DNA of 64,000 bases from Chiloscyllium plagiosum (taxonomy: Eukaryota). Every line of letters begins with the position of its first letter. Within the stretch, counting starts at the first letter, position 1. The stretch covers positions 83,250,345 to 83,314,344 of the forward strand of contig NC_057718.1 of assembly GCF_004010195.1 (NCBI RefSeq). Direction: 5' to 3'. A program made the translations under genes and the position numbers. Below, piece by piece: positions 10,711 through 22,850 of this stretch. The notes under the pieces were generated by a model. That model ran no database searches, was not told the origin of the DNA, and saw only the letters and a program-made list of their open reading frames with translations.

Positions 10711-11806
10711 CTGCTGCTATACTAAATGTCTGGGATGGGTCCCAACCACCTTTCATGTTCTGTCAGCGCTAGTCTGTCTGCCTTGTATTTCTCAATAAAG
10801 GAACCTGCACTATCGCCTTTAAAATCCTACCTGCCATCTCAGAGATTGTGTACCCCCTAATACCACCAACAGTAAAGTGCCCTTAACCAGTGGGGATTTC
10901 TCTACCCCTGGCCACTAATACTTGTCCCAGCACCATCTGTATGGCCGTAGCAGCCACCTAGCAAGGTGTGCTCTCTACCGGTGGGACTTCTTTACCTTCC
11001 CAGCCACTACTACTAGTTGGCATCTACCAGTCGGCTATTAATTTCGGGTCAATAGGGTGTGCTCTCTACCAGGACTCCTTTACCCTCCCAGGCACCTTTA
11101 CTGTTCCAACACCACCCGTTAGGCCCAGAAACGTCCCTCTAGCCCGGTGTGGTCTCTATTGGGGGGACTTTTTATCCTACCAGCCACCGCCACTATTCAA
11201 ACTCTATCGTTCTACTACAGACAGATAGGGTGAAACGGTTACTCAGTGTCCACACTTAGCACTCCGTAACATGCTACTCCATTGGAGTTTGGCTCTTGGT
11301 CAGAGTGATCAGATTCTTTTCCTCACCACTTCAATTTAAAACAGGATAACAGACAGTACCCAACCTTTAACCAGGCTCTAACTGGACTCTGCGTTGATTG
11401 CCCCTACAGAGTCCAACATTACCCGACTTTGCCACTTGTACTTCACAACTGCTAGTGCCCTTGGTGCCTCAATTCTCATTTCAATTCCCAACCATCACGC
11501 AGTGGGGTGCTACCCCTCTTAACAACTGGTTTAGGGCAGGGTTTTCGAGGCAGGCACTACCTTGTCCTCTGGTTGTTTCAGCACAAGCAGCTGGTTATCA
11601 CACCAGTTAGTACACTTTCCCACTTACGCTCCACAGGCATGCACTTATACTCAAACCAGTACGATCACACAAGTTACTCGTTACAATGGTATATCCTTTT
11701 AAATTGTGTCTTTGGCCGGGTCTGACTCTCCTCGTTTACAGATTCAAAGTGTGTCTTACCCCAGCTTCCTGATTGTGAACTTTGACCAGAACACTAGAAA
11801 TAGGAG

Positions 11807-11824
11807 ACCCTGCTCGCAGCACCA
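11807..11824 (-). promoter_or_regulatory. Primer-binding site, tRNA-Ser type
   Basis: Minus strand TGGTGCTGCGAGCAGGGT, 2 nt after an ...AACA LTR end; resembles the complement of tRNA-Ser(UGA/CGA) 3' ends with one CpG decay. Confidence 0.75.
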
Positions 11825-11826
11825 AT

Positions 11827-12170
11827 TGTTGTGGGGAAAATTACCAGCCTCGGAGTCAGAATCGGGATTCAACGACATAGTTTACTGTACAAAGAAACCG
11901 GAGCTCCGGGGAGAGACGGACGTCCGCCAACACGGCTGTCAGCTGCAAGCCTTCTCTCACCCTCTGAGCCACGTCATGATATTCTATACATTTCATGGTG
12001 TAATGGTCCAAATATCGATTCTTTGTACAGCATGGTTTGTTTACAGAAAACATTACGGTCATTGTCAGTTTCAGCAGCTATGCAGAAGTCCATTGCTGCA
12101 GTAATTGGTTGTGATTGTTCTTCCTCAGAAGGAAGATAGATTTGCAGAAATGAAAAACAAAGTATTAACA
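11827..12170 (-). repeat. 5' LTR of the second ERV (outer boundary uncertain, may extend further right)
   Basis: Ends ...CCCCACAACA next to the PBS; TATA-like TATAGAA (~11982-11988) and AGTAAA polyA-like motif (~11881-11886) on the minus strand. Confidence 0.6.
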
Positions 12171-12734
12171 CTTGTATACAAGCAGTCTCAGATCGTTAAC
12201 ATTTCTATTGAAAGTGGTGGCTGGACTGACACTTCGACAGGCAGTAGACGTTAGTGATGTGTATTCTCTCCCCCAGCCACCTTATACTTATTATAATGTC
12301 CTGTGTCCATTGTGCTGGTATTCTGTTGGCCTCAGGCAGTATCTGTGTATGCTTCGCTGTACTTTTCCATGTAATGGCTCAGCGGCTATCTTGTCTGTGT
12401 GCTCTGTGTCAGCATACCCCGTATCATCTTCCACTTCAATTAGCATGGGATAATTAGGATTAGAGAGAGTTAAATGTTTCAAAGATTTGTATGGGAGAAA
12501 TTCATGGGACAACGGCACCAGCACTGGGAAAGAGGGAGCTCTACGGTGGGCATGCTGTGTTATGTCTTGTAATCATTAAGGTAATATACCAGAAAGAAAC
12601 AAGCTCATGATATCCTCATTGCATCATAGCACAAGTAAAAAGTAACATCGCAAGGATCCCTGCTAGGTGAGTAACTGTTTACCATCATTATGAACAATTC
12701 TGATACTAACCAATTGTAATATTTGTAAATTTGT

Positions 12735-13530
12735 TGATCACACTAAAGTGAGAGAAATTATTCACTTTGGTAGAAAAAATGGCTTAATTTTCATTAAGTG
12801 GTGAGAGGTTGGGAAATGTGGGTGTCCAAACAGACCTGGTTGCCCTTGTTCGAGTCACTTCATTGTCAGCAGATGCAGCAAGCAATTAGGAAAATGAATG
12901 GTAAATTAGTCTTCATCACAAGGGGATTTGAGTATAAGATTCTTTCTGCAGTTGTATACAACATTATTGGATAGGTTTGGGCTCCTTATCTAAGGAAGGA
13001 TATATTTGCCATGCACACACAGTGTAACAGAAGTTCACCAGATGAATCACTGAGATGGCAGGATTGTCTTATGAGGAAAAACTTCAGAAATTAGATCTGT
13101 TTTCCTTGAAGTTTCAAAGAATGAGGATTGAACTCTTTGAAACTTACAGAATTCTTACAGGACATGACAGGATGAATGTCTCCCCAGCTGCAAAGTCTAA
13201 AACTGGGACATCATCTATAATAAGGGGTAGGTCATTTCAGACTGAAATGAGGGGGATTCTTTGGAAATTGCAACTTCAGAGGGCTGTGGCAGCAAAATCA
13301 TTGGGCAGGGTCAAGAAAAAAATTGATGGATTTCTGGAAATATTGATGTCAAGGGATATGGAGATAGTATGGGAAAGTGACACTGAGATAAATGATCACC
13401 GTGATCTAGTTGAATGACAGGAAGGAAAGTGAAATTAAGGCCAAGATCAGATCGGACATGATTGTATTTCCTGGCAGACATGGCTCCATTGTCCAAATGG
13501 CCTACTCCTGCTCCTATTTTTCTATGACAT
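12735..13530 (+). mobile_element. CR1 LINE 3' fragment, old
   Basis: GLSYEEKLQKLDLFSL..ETYRIL (CR1 ORF2 C-terminus) and a typical tail. Confidence 0.8.
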
Positions 13531-14109
13531 CACATGGAATTAGGTTGAATTGACATCAGTCTTGCCAAATAATGATACTCTGATCATAAGTAAAATTAAA
13601 ATTATTCATCATTAAGTCCAGTGGTCTCATCAGCCAGAGAACTTAAATAGGGAAATGGAGTTATTATTTTTAAAAATGAGAAGTGATTCCCTTAGCAGGA
13701 CCTGATATCTCATTACAATTAGAGGAATAAAGCTCCACTGTCATTGTCATGAAGATGGCACCTTCAGCAACTTTCTTGATCACGCAGGCTTTATGCCAAA
13801 TTTCATGCAGACTTCACACTCAGTCAGTAATTATGAGGAATCTATGACATTGACAGATTACGAAACTTAATGCTAGCAATGCAAAAACATTGAAAAAGTA
13901 AGGGCGCCACAAGGGAGGGCAACAAACATTAATGTATAGTCCTTATCAATACAAATGACAGGCACATTGTCTTTATAAATTCCAAGTTTTTTTTCTTAAA
14001 GCATTGACTGATGATGGAATGTGATTACACTCGAGTAGGCAGGTTGCAGGGAAATCAGTGATGTTATAAAGTCAATAAATAACAAATTGTCACTGAAGAC
14101 ATTGACATT

Positions 14110-14480
14110 TTTGTTATTCATTCATTGGATGTGGGTATCGTTGCCTGCTCTAGCATTCAGCGTCCATCCCTTATTACCCTGGAACTGAGTTGCTTACTCT
14201 ATTTGAGAGGGCAGTTAAGAGTCAAGCACATTGCTGAGAGTCTGGAGTAATGTGTCAGCCAGACCAAGTAAGCATGGCAGATTTATTTACCTGAAGGACA
14301 TTAAACTAGATAATCATTCTCAACAATCAATAGTGAGGGCCATTAGACCAATATTTAGTTCCAGATTTGCACTGAATTCAAGTTTCACCATTTGCCATAG
14401 TGGGAATCAAAATAATGTCTCCAGAACATTCTTCTGGGATTGTGGATGACTAATCTAGTGATATTATCATTCCACCACTG
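14110..14480 (-). mobile_element. Degenerate SINE/LINE-tail relic
   Basis: Shares the ATTCAT..GGATGTGGGT..GCATT..CCATCCCT tail with 44530 and 46660. Confidence 0.45.
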
Positions 14481-14747
14481 ACTTTTCCCAGGATTCCTCC
14501 TGTTCCAATGGCCATATTTGTTCATTCCTCTTGCAGTAACTGTTAGTATCGACTAGGCTTTTTTTTTAATACTACAAGAACCCAACGTCATCCTTATGTG
14601 ATATCTGCATTTCATTTCCTATGGGAGTTTAATCAAATAATTGGTCTTCCCACTTTATAGCTCAGTGTTACCTGTGGCTCAGTGGATAGCACTCTTTCCC
14701 AAGCCAGAAGTTTCTGGGTTCAAGTTTCATTTCAGGAAATTTCTACC

Positions 14748-14955
14748 AACAGCAAAATACTACAGATGCTGGAGATTTAAAACTAACACAAATGCTGGAG
14801 AAACTCAGCAGGTCTGGCAGCATCTGTGGAGGGAAAAACAGAGGTAAATGTTTTGAGTTGGATATAACTGCTTCTGAATTCAAAAGGTTGACTGTTTCTG
14901 CACAACTGCTGCCTTGCTTGCTGACATTTTCCAGTGTGTTTGTTTCTTTCAGGTG
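14748..14955. repeat. Old palindromic Penelope-terminus-derived element
   Basis: CAGATGCTGGAG..ACTCAGCAGGTCTGGCAGCATCTGTGG with a partial inverted copy. Confidence 0.55.
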
Positions 14956-15160
14956 ATTTCTAGGCTGACACTCTAATACCAAGGGAGCGCTGCAATGTCA
15001 GTGATGTGATATTTAAAATGACATGTTAAATTCAAAATTGTGCTTGCTTCCTTGCACATAAGCAGTAAAGCATTTGTGCATGACATCACACTTAAAAGTG
15101 CATGTGATGATGTCAGTGCTTGAATCAGTGCATTCCTGAATGAGCACACATGCATTCTTT

Positions 15161-15255
15161 TATGTGTGGGTGAAAGTGAGGACTGCAGATGCTGGAGATC
15201 AGAGCTGAAAAATGTGTTGCTGGAAAAGTGCAGCAGATGTGGGTATGCGTGGGTG
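15161..15255. repeat. Truncated Penelope-terminus fragment with target duplication
   Basis: GAAAGTGAGGACTGCAGATGCTGGAG.. flanked by tatgtgtgggtg / tatgcgtgggtg. Confidence 0.7.
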
Positions 15256-15974
15256 TCAGCTACATTAAAATGCCATCTGCTCTCAAGTGACAGTAAAAGA
15301 TCTTATATATTCTACCAAAATCACCACAGATTATCTAATCATCAGTGTGTGTGTGTAAATTGTTTCCTTTCATCCTACAGCCTAAACTTTATAAAAAAGT
15401 CTTATAGAAAACGTGTTAAGAAATGCACTCTCTTATCAGTGTCTAGCAGCAAAGAAGAAGAAATGAGGTCTTGAATCTTCTTAACTTGTATGGCTCAACC
15501 ATTCCTTGCCATAAGTAGCCATCAAAGGAATACTCAATTTGATCTTTCCAATGTAGCAGAGAGTCATGAAATGTCAATGGTGACAGAAAGTACCCAGCAT
15601 ATGTGCACCATATTGATATAATATAGATCACACACAGCAGAAAATTACTTTTAAAAATCTGCATTTCTTAATGATTACCCATCTCCGACCAGGATACCAA
15701 TTTTCTGTTTATATAATGAGTTTCAAGTGAATTAGGAAAAATATATCCATTGTCTGGTAAATTTACAAAGCATTCCTATTTATATAGATACTTTTAATGC
15801 TTATAAGTTTTTAAAAGTGTCACAGCCATTGTGCTCAACTTTATTAACATCAAAATCAGTAAGGCTGATGATAATTAATCAAGTATGAATGGCTTAATAG
15901 ACTTTGAAAGGAATGTTAAAGAGAATGCAAGAATGCCAAAATGTTCTGGTCGTTGGAAATAATGTTTTGCATCT

Positions 15975-16225
15975 GAAAAAAGACCTGAGGGGTAACTTTT
16001 TCATGCAGACGGTGGTGGGTGTATGGAACAAGCTATTAGAGGAAGTGAGAGAGGTAGGTACAATTACAACATTTAAAGGCATCTACATGGGTATATGAAT
16101 TGGAAAGGTTTCGAGGGATATGGGCTAAATGCTAGCAAATAGGACTAGGTCAGATTGGGATGTCTGGTTGGCACAGATGAGTTGGACCTAAGGGTATGTT
16201 TCGGTGCTGACAACCCTATAACTTA
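15975..16225 (+). mobile_element. CR1 LINE 3' end
   Basis: DLRGNFF..VVGVWNKL motif and CR1/HER1-type tail. Confidence 0.8.
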
Positions 16226-17339
16226 TCTGTGTGGATTTTCATCAGAACTTCTTCAGACATATAAACGTTGTCTGAAATGTTACGAAAACCTGAATGTTTA
16301 ATATGAAATATCATTTTAAACCTCAGGAACACGATAACTAACATTCTGAAATGCATCTGACTGCAATGAATTCACGAGGCTTAAAAACTGAAGAAAAATA
16401 CCAAAGCAATCATTACTTAAATGTTGGTGTCGCATTTTTAAAATTTAAGATCAAACAATAATTATGAAAGTAGTGTTTAACGGAGTATACAACACTGCAG
16501 GACAACAAAAAGTTCTAATATGTCTCAGGGTTGACAGCAAATCTCGATCACAAATAAGCAGTTGCCCATATCCAACTTTTGTAATTTATATACAACAATC
16601 ATCAAATGATAAAAAAAGACTCAGTTTCAGACAGAGTCTCTCAATGAATTGTCTTTCCCAGTTAATTTTTGTTTCTACTGAAGTTGTCAGATATCAATAT
16701 AGACCATTCAGGTTTCTTCCTAGTTAACTCAAAAATGATAAGGACCATTTTCATTAAGTAAAGCTATACAAGTAAAGCATTTCGCATGAATGTCAGTTTT
16801 TGTTCTAATCATTTGTTTCTAAAAATACCACTACAGATTTGTTAAAAGCATCAATAAATTAAACATTCTTAAAAGGTTATGCGAATCAGTATTTGTTTGC
16901 TGTACTCTAAGCAACAAACCTTAAAATATTTAATCTCATTACTAGAGTTAAACCAATTGAAATGAATACCACTCACCCCCAAGAAAACGCTGTTAACCTC
17001 TATTTTTAACCCGTATTAATATGTAAACTTCGGAATTAAAATTAATTTTTCCCCTCATTAATCACATTGTTTTCCACTTGTTTAAATCATTGAACTTCAT
17101 GGGAGGATGGGATATTGCACAAAGGCTATATTGACTTAAGGCAAAAAATATAGTAAATAGCTCACTTGATATCTTTGTGGGTGAATACTCTACATAGTAC
17201 AGTCAGTGAACAGGACAGGACAGACAAGGTGTGTGCTCCGGACAGCAACTGTAGCACCACAGTTTCCAAGTATTGTTGGAAGTAACAACATTGGCATGAA
17301 ATATTTCAGACCCACATAATTGAAAAGAAAACTTTAAAT

Positions 17340-18855
17340 GCAAACCCTTTGAATTTATTTTACAGTATATACACAACAGGAAACATCTGAATGGATCATG
17401 TCAGACACAAATCAAAACATTTTGATCCCGATGACCACAACCAAATGAAAACATGGAAAAATATATAAAAAAGTAACAAGCCCATATATGCAATTATGTT
17501 GATACTTTGTACAAATATTAGGTACTGCAACTTGACTGAATCAGAATACCTAGAATACCAATAATGCTCTTGTGCCGAGTGTTTCCAACAAAACTTGTAT
17601 CTACATGAGGTAGAAACACTAAACTAACATCTGCAGTGTATAAAGGAACATACAACAGTTTGGGAGACATTCTGAAGTATGTTTATAGATTTGGCAGAAT
17701 AAGGCTTACACAAAGAAAATTCAAATTGAAAAACTAAAATGAGATATTTCAAACCCTTTCATTTAGAAAAATCATGTTTCAGTTACAAAAGTTATTGGCA
17801 GCTGAGAATGTATTACTGAGTGATAATAATGCAATGATATAGTGTTACATCAAAAGTTGTGTATACTTTTGTGATCCAAGACTTTCTGAACATTGTGTAT
17901 TGGTTTCATAGTTAGTTTAAACTTTTTACAGTGTTTTCATTTATCCAAGTACAAAAAGTACAATCTTATTTGCTTTTGGAATCTTGCCAGTATGGGTTAA
18001 CATGACGAGAGCAGAGAAAGGCGACTATCATATCTACTTTTTACCAAGTAAAATTCAGATGTCATCAGGATAGTAAATATTGGCCAACCCAATTTTTTTG
18101 TTTTTAAAACATGATATATAACAGACATCAACAGCTATTAAACTGCAGCATCCTTCTACTACTCTTAAAATAGGACAATTAAATCCAAATGGATGCCCCA
18201 GAGTTCACCACGAGTAAAATACATCACATTTTATCAGCATTATTGTGCAAACTTAATACCAGTGTACTTGCAAGGAAACTATTAAAACCAACAAGCATAC
18301 AAATAGATGAAGGTTTGGATTATAATCCTTCAAGGTTACTCCAATTGATATCCAAATTACTAAATTACACTTAAAAATACAAGTGTTAGATGATTAGATG
18401 GGTATACTGCTCATTTCATGTTGCAAAATATATACTAATCTCAATTGAATAAAGTAAATTTCAAATAATTCCTTAAAAGCAGTACCCAAATTAACTTTTG
18501 CATCATGCAAACCTATACAAATCTGTACAGTAAAGATACTTACCTGTACACAATATGCACTATTATCTACATTAAGAGTTATAGGGTGTGACTTCAACAA
18601 TATGAAGTACATACTGAAAAAAACTACACTTTTATGTACATAGATTACAAGCACTTGTGTAGCATTTTGAAGTTAAGGTGTTGTGGAACTTAACGTCCTC
18701 CACATAGGTTTCATGCCACAATAAATAAAATATTGATTTTTGTCTATGATAAATAGACGTCACTGTGGCTTCTGACAATCTCAAATATCCTTCAATGCTG
18801 AAGAAAGCAATTGAATTTTCTTTATGCACACTCCCATGCAAAACTCTGATGGCAG
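17340..18855 (-). other. MAP4K3: MAP4K3 3'UTR (putative)
   Basis: AT-rich stretch with no recognisable repeats, running from the stop codon to an AATAAA at 17354-17359. Confidence 0.65.
17354..17359 (-). terminator. Polyadenylation signal AATAAA
   Basis: TTTATT on +, followed on the minus strand by a T-rich downstream tract. Confidence 0.6.
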
Positions 18856-18943
18856 TTAGTAGCTGTTTTCATGGCCAGCCAAGATGTACAAGTTGCTATT
18901 AGCAGTTGGGTTATCTGTTGGTCTGCTTTCCAGCACCACAACC
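18856..18943 (-). CDS. MAP4K3: MAP4K3 last coding exon
   Basis: (R)[30 protein letters not shown] acceptor. Confidence 0.97.
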
Positions 18944-19361
18944 CTACAAAGAAATAAAAAGCATATTTAATAATTTATTTATTATCTACATTTATTCAAA
19001 CACAAACCAAATCAAAATCACCATTCAAAAAAACTTGGGTGACTAAAGACTTTATCCTTTGTTCCATTCTACAGATCGCTAAGATTTTAAATGCAATTAC
19101 AGATTTGTGCTGAGTTACATATCTCAGGTAGAGCAACTAATGACAGCTTGGCAATTGATCACAATATCCCCAAGCCTAACGGCTGAAAAGGACAAAAGGG
19201 ATTTAAAAATGATTACTTACTCTTGTAGCAAATGGTTTAAGTGTAGATTGTAGGATGAACACAAGATGATCTCAAAATGCTTTGTGGATTGATCCAGCTG
19301 TTACTTTTGTAGGCTCATACATAAAGAACTGCACTTACCAGAGGCTACACTGCACTCATGC

Positions 19362-19606
19362 AGCTACCCCACCAAGAGTCAATGAGCGTGGTGCTGGAAA
19401 AGCTCAGCTGGTCAGGCAGCATCTGATGAGCAGGAGAGTTGACTTTTCAAGCATAAGTTCTTCCTGATGAAGAGTTTATGCTCGAAACGTTGATTCTCCT
19501 GCTTCTCGGATGCTGCGTGACCGGCTATGCTTTTCCAGCAGAACACCTTTTGACTCCGATCTCTAGCATCTGCAGTCCTCACTTGCTCCCAGCTTTACCA
19601 ACAAGA
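19362..19606. repeat. Palindromic Penelope-derived element with hammerhead core
   Basis: Inverted arms; CTGATGA-AGAGT ttat GCTC-GAAACGTT at 19464-19491; degenerate flanking direct repeats. Confidence 0.7.
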
Positions 19607-20270
19607 CCTATCGTGCAGTAAGTTGGGAAAAAAAGTCCTGGGCAACTTGAACATTGTTAGAATTGTGCACACTAATTAAGGAACTGTCAAAATCACAATC
19701 CCAATTGAATTTAACAACCATACTTCAATTAATGAATGATTCTACTGATCAGGACCAGATCATTTGATTGCGGTACCACCTTCCCAAATCAAAAAATACA
19801 CCTTTAATGGATGACTAAGAAACATCACTATTTATGGAGAACCTGACTGCACAAACTAGTAATAATGATTATTAATATTCTAATTTACTTTTAAATGAAC
19901 TCCGATAATTGTAACTACTTTAAACACGGTCTTCAAAGATTACCCACTACTCATTTTCTAGGCACTAATACTTTAATTTTACTTATCCACACACCCAAAT
20001 GCAAAATATCTGTTGCAGCAAATTTAATTTATTCAGTATCAAAATCTACAATGTATTAAATATAACTCAGTCCAACCTGTTTCCTTATGCATTTTCACTA
20101 CCTGACAGTAGATTGAAAACCTAGCTTTCTTTTATAAATATAAAATGAAGTGTAATCTTTTCCTCGAACTTCCGTCCAATGCAAAAGTGAAATGAAAATC
20201 TGTTTTGAAGATATTTAGCAATACAAAATGAGTAGATTGTTACTGCAGCAGCAGCATCATGTTTACTAAC

Positions 20271-20326
20271 CTGTCAGAGCCTAAAAGTTTGAAGATTCTT
20301 GAATTATCGCATATTTCTTGTGTAAT
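20271..20326 (-). CDS. MAP4K3: MAP4K3 exon (CNH domain)
   Basis: ITQEICDNSRIFKLLGSD(R); AG/GT, 56 bp. Confidence 0.95.
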
Positions 20327-20962
20327 CTAGACAAAAAAATACATTTCCAGGATTAATTAGCAATACATTTACAACATATTAACAGACTTGGTCCTCAATT
20401 ATGTTAGGACATATCAAATTTGACAGTTTAATATTGAGAGTAAATAACACTTAGAATTCTCATAATGGAAAACCTAGTCTTGTTCTAGAATGAAACAAGA
20501 CACATTGTGTCTTGTTCAACAATCCAATAGGGATAATCAAACAGAAAGTAAATTGGAATAATCCAAACATGCACCATCATACTGATCCTTGTGGCAAATG
20601 TTAATATGGAAATAAATATATCTAATGAAAGTCTATTCCATTGATAAATACTATTCTCACTGGGAAGAGGCTGGAAACTATAGAACACTCTCTAAATATT
20701 GTTAACTCAACACTATTTAGAGTGGCTTGAGCTTCCATTTGTATTTAGTTTGTAATGTCAAATTATTATCAATCAAAAGGCTAGTTACAATACTTAAAGT
20801 TGCAGATGAAAACTATGTTCCTTGTAAAAATTTTGGCCACTGCATGGACCTCCAAGGTCCATGTACTACAGCAGCTTCTTGAAGAATGTCAATCTGCTTA
20901 CGTAAATCCTTCAGCCACACAGTTTAGAGAGAACATTGGATGAGAATATTTATGACTTTTAC

Positions 20963-21033
20963 CTCATTTGACTTAAAACTTCTCCCCTGCATTCCATGTT
21001 TCCAGAAAGCAAGAACACTATCCTGTAAACAAA
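20963..21033 (-). CDS. MAP4K3: MAP4K3 exon (CNH domain)
   Basis: (V)[23 protein letters not shown]; 71 bp. Confidence 0.96.
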
Positions 21034-21411
21034 CTAAAAAAAGGAGAAATACAAGTTGTCTGCTGAATGCCAACTGGCAAGATCAATCCATAAACAGTCA
21101 AAACCAAAATGGCATTAACTATTAGGTTTCAACAATGTTTGAGATATAGATTAGCATTACAAAACTATACAGAAATACATTTTAAAACATAGCGAAGCCA
21201 CTCACAGTGAGATGACATACAACCTTTTTGAACACCACACACTCTCAGCATTGTGTTTATGTCATATTAGGGGGCAACTCAAAGAAGCCAATTCCAGTTC
21301 ATTGTTTTTCACCAATCAGCTGCCAAATGGAATGCTTTGATTTCAGGAGTAATATCTGATCACCACATGGCAAAAAACTCTCCTGTGAAAATGTAGAGTC
21401 CTTATAACTGC

Positions 21412-21700
21412 CAGTGGTTAGCACGCTGCCTCACAGCGCCAGAGACCCGGGTTCAATTCCCGCCTCAGGCGACTGTCTGTGTGGAGTTTGCACATTCTCC
21501 CAGTGTCTGTGTGGGTTTCCTCCGGGTGCTCCGGTTTCCTCCCACAGTCCAAAAATGTGCAGGTTAGGTGAATTGGCCATGCTAAATTGCCTGTAGTGTT
21601 AGGTGAAGGGGTAAATGTAGGTGACTGGGTCTGGGTGTGTTACGCTTCGGTGGGTTGGTGTGGACTTGTTGGGCCGAAGGGCCTGTTTCCACACTGTATG
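21412..21700 (+). mobile_element. tRNA-derived SINE (V-SINE/HE1-like)
   Basis: A box remnant GTGGTTAG, B box GGTTCAATTCC, V-domain TGTGGAGTTTGCACATTCTCCC and CR1-like tail. Confidence 0.88.
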
Positions 21701-21702
21701 TA

Positions 21703-21915
21703 ATTGTGGAATTCATTGCCACAGAGTGCAGTGGAGGCTGGGACACTAAATGTCTACAAGGCAGAGATTGATAAATTCTTGATGTCACAAGGAATTAAGG
21801 GCTACGGGGAGAACGCGGGTAATTGGAGTTGAAATGCCCATCAGCCATGATTGAATGGCGGAGTGGACTCGATGGGCCGAATGGCCTTACTTCCCTCCTA
21901 TGTCTTATGGTCTTA
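21703..21915 (+). mobile_element. CR1 LINE 3' end
   Basis: GATGGGCCGAATGGCC..TCTTATGGTCTTA tail. Confidence 0.75.
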
Positions 21916-21999
21916 ATACATCTGAAAGCCAGTGATAACCAATAAAAATCTGAGGATAAGCAATATAATTATAATTTGTGCATCATTCATACATTTTAT

Positions 22000-22850
22000 A
22001 TATTGGAGTGAACAAAATGCAAAAAAAAAAATTGTATAGTACCCTGTTGCTGCACTTGACAACTTGTATACATAAAACATATTTGGGGCAATGACGTGCC
22101 CAAGGCACTTTGCAAAAGCATTGCAACAGCATTGTAAAACAAAATATGACACTGAGCCATATAATGAGATATTTGACCAATATTTTGGTGATTTGAGCTA
22201 AGCAGTTTTAAGAAAGGTCTAAAAGGAACAAAGTGAAGTACAAAGGTAGTCAAATGTAGGAGAAGTAATCCAGAACTTGGGATTTAGGTAACTGAAGGCA
22301 ATGGTTATTGATGGTGGGATGATTAAAATCAGGATCTTTTGGACACTAGAATTAGCGGGGCACAGACACCATGCTGGAGATATAAGGAATTAAGAAACCA
22401 TGGGCAGATCTGAAACTGAACATTGCTTAAGGTGGAATGAATGTAGGTCAGTGAGCACAGGTTAAGTTGTAACAAATGACTGAAGAAGTTGACAGCAGAG
22501 CTTTGGATAATCTTACATTTAAGGATGGAATGCGAGATAATAGCCAAAGGTGCATTGAAACGATCAAGTCCAAAGGCAACAAAAGCATAAGAGAGTTTCA
22601 GTAGCAGGTCAAGTGAGATGGGGGCAGCGTTATAGAGGTAGAAATATGGAAGTCTCAGAATTGACGGATATACAATCTTGGTGCTCTTCTAGGGCATCTG
22701 ATGTGATACCGAAGCTGTGAACAAACTATTTAATCTTCGATCATTATCGGGAAGAGATGGAGTGAATAGAAAGGGAATGGAGTCTGTAGTGGGAACTATA
22801 AATTATCACAAAGTCTCTGTTCACCCAGTGCCGGATGCTAGTTCAGGATT
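22000..22850 (-). mobile_element. L2-like LINE relic, old
   Basis: Decayed L2-type 3' end (CCCAAGGCACTTTGCA) and degenerate ORF2-like sequence. Confidence 0.45.

Noticed and set aside
10870..11200. Repeat-spacer pattern read as a CRISPR array
   Set aside because: Vertebrate retroviral context, degenerate repeats and no cas genes; kept only as an internal ERV repeat.
15060..15155. C/D snoRNA-like motifs (TGATGA..CTGA)
   Set aside because: The spacing is too short, there is no terminal stem, and it lies in SINE-like decayed sequence.
15443..15664. 73-aa minus-strand ORF as an exon of a neighbouring gene
   Set aside because: No recognisable homology or convincing splice sites.
21412..21470. 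tRNA gene
   Set aside because: The A/B boxes are the head of a multi-copy SINE that continues into the V-domain and LINE tail.
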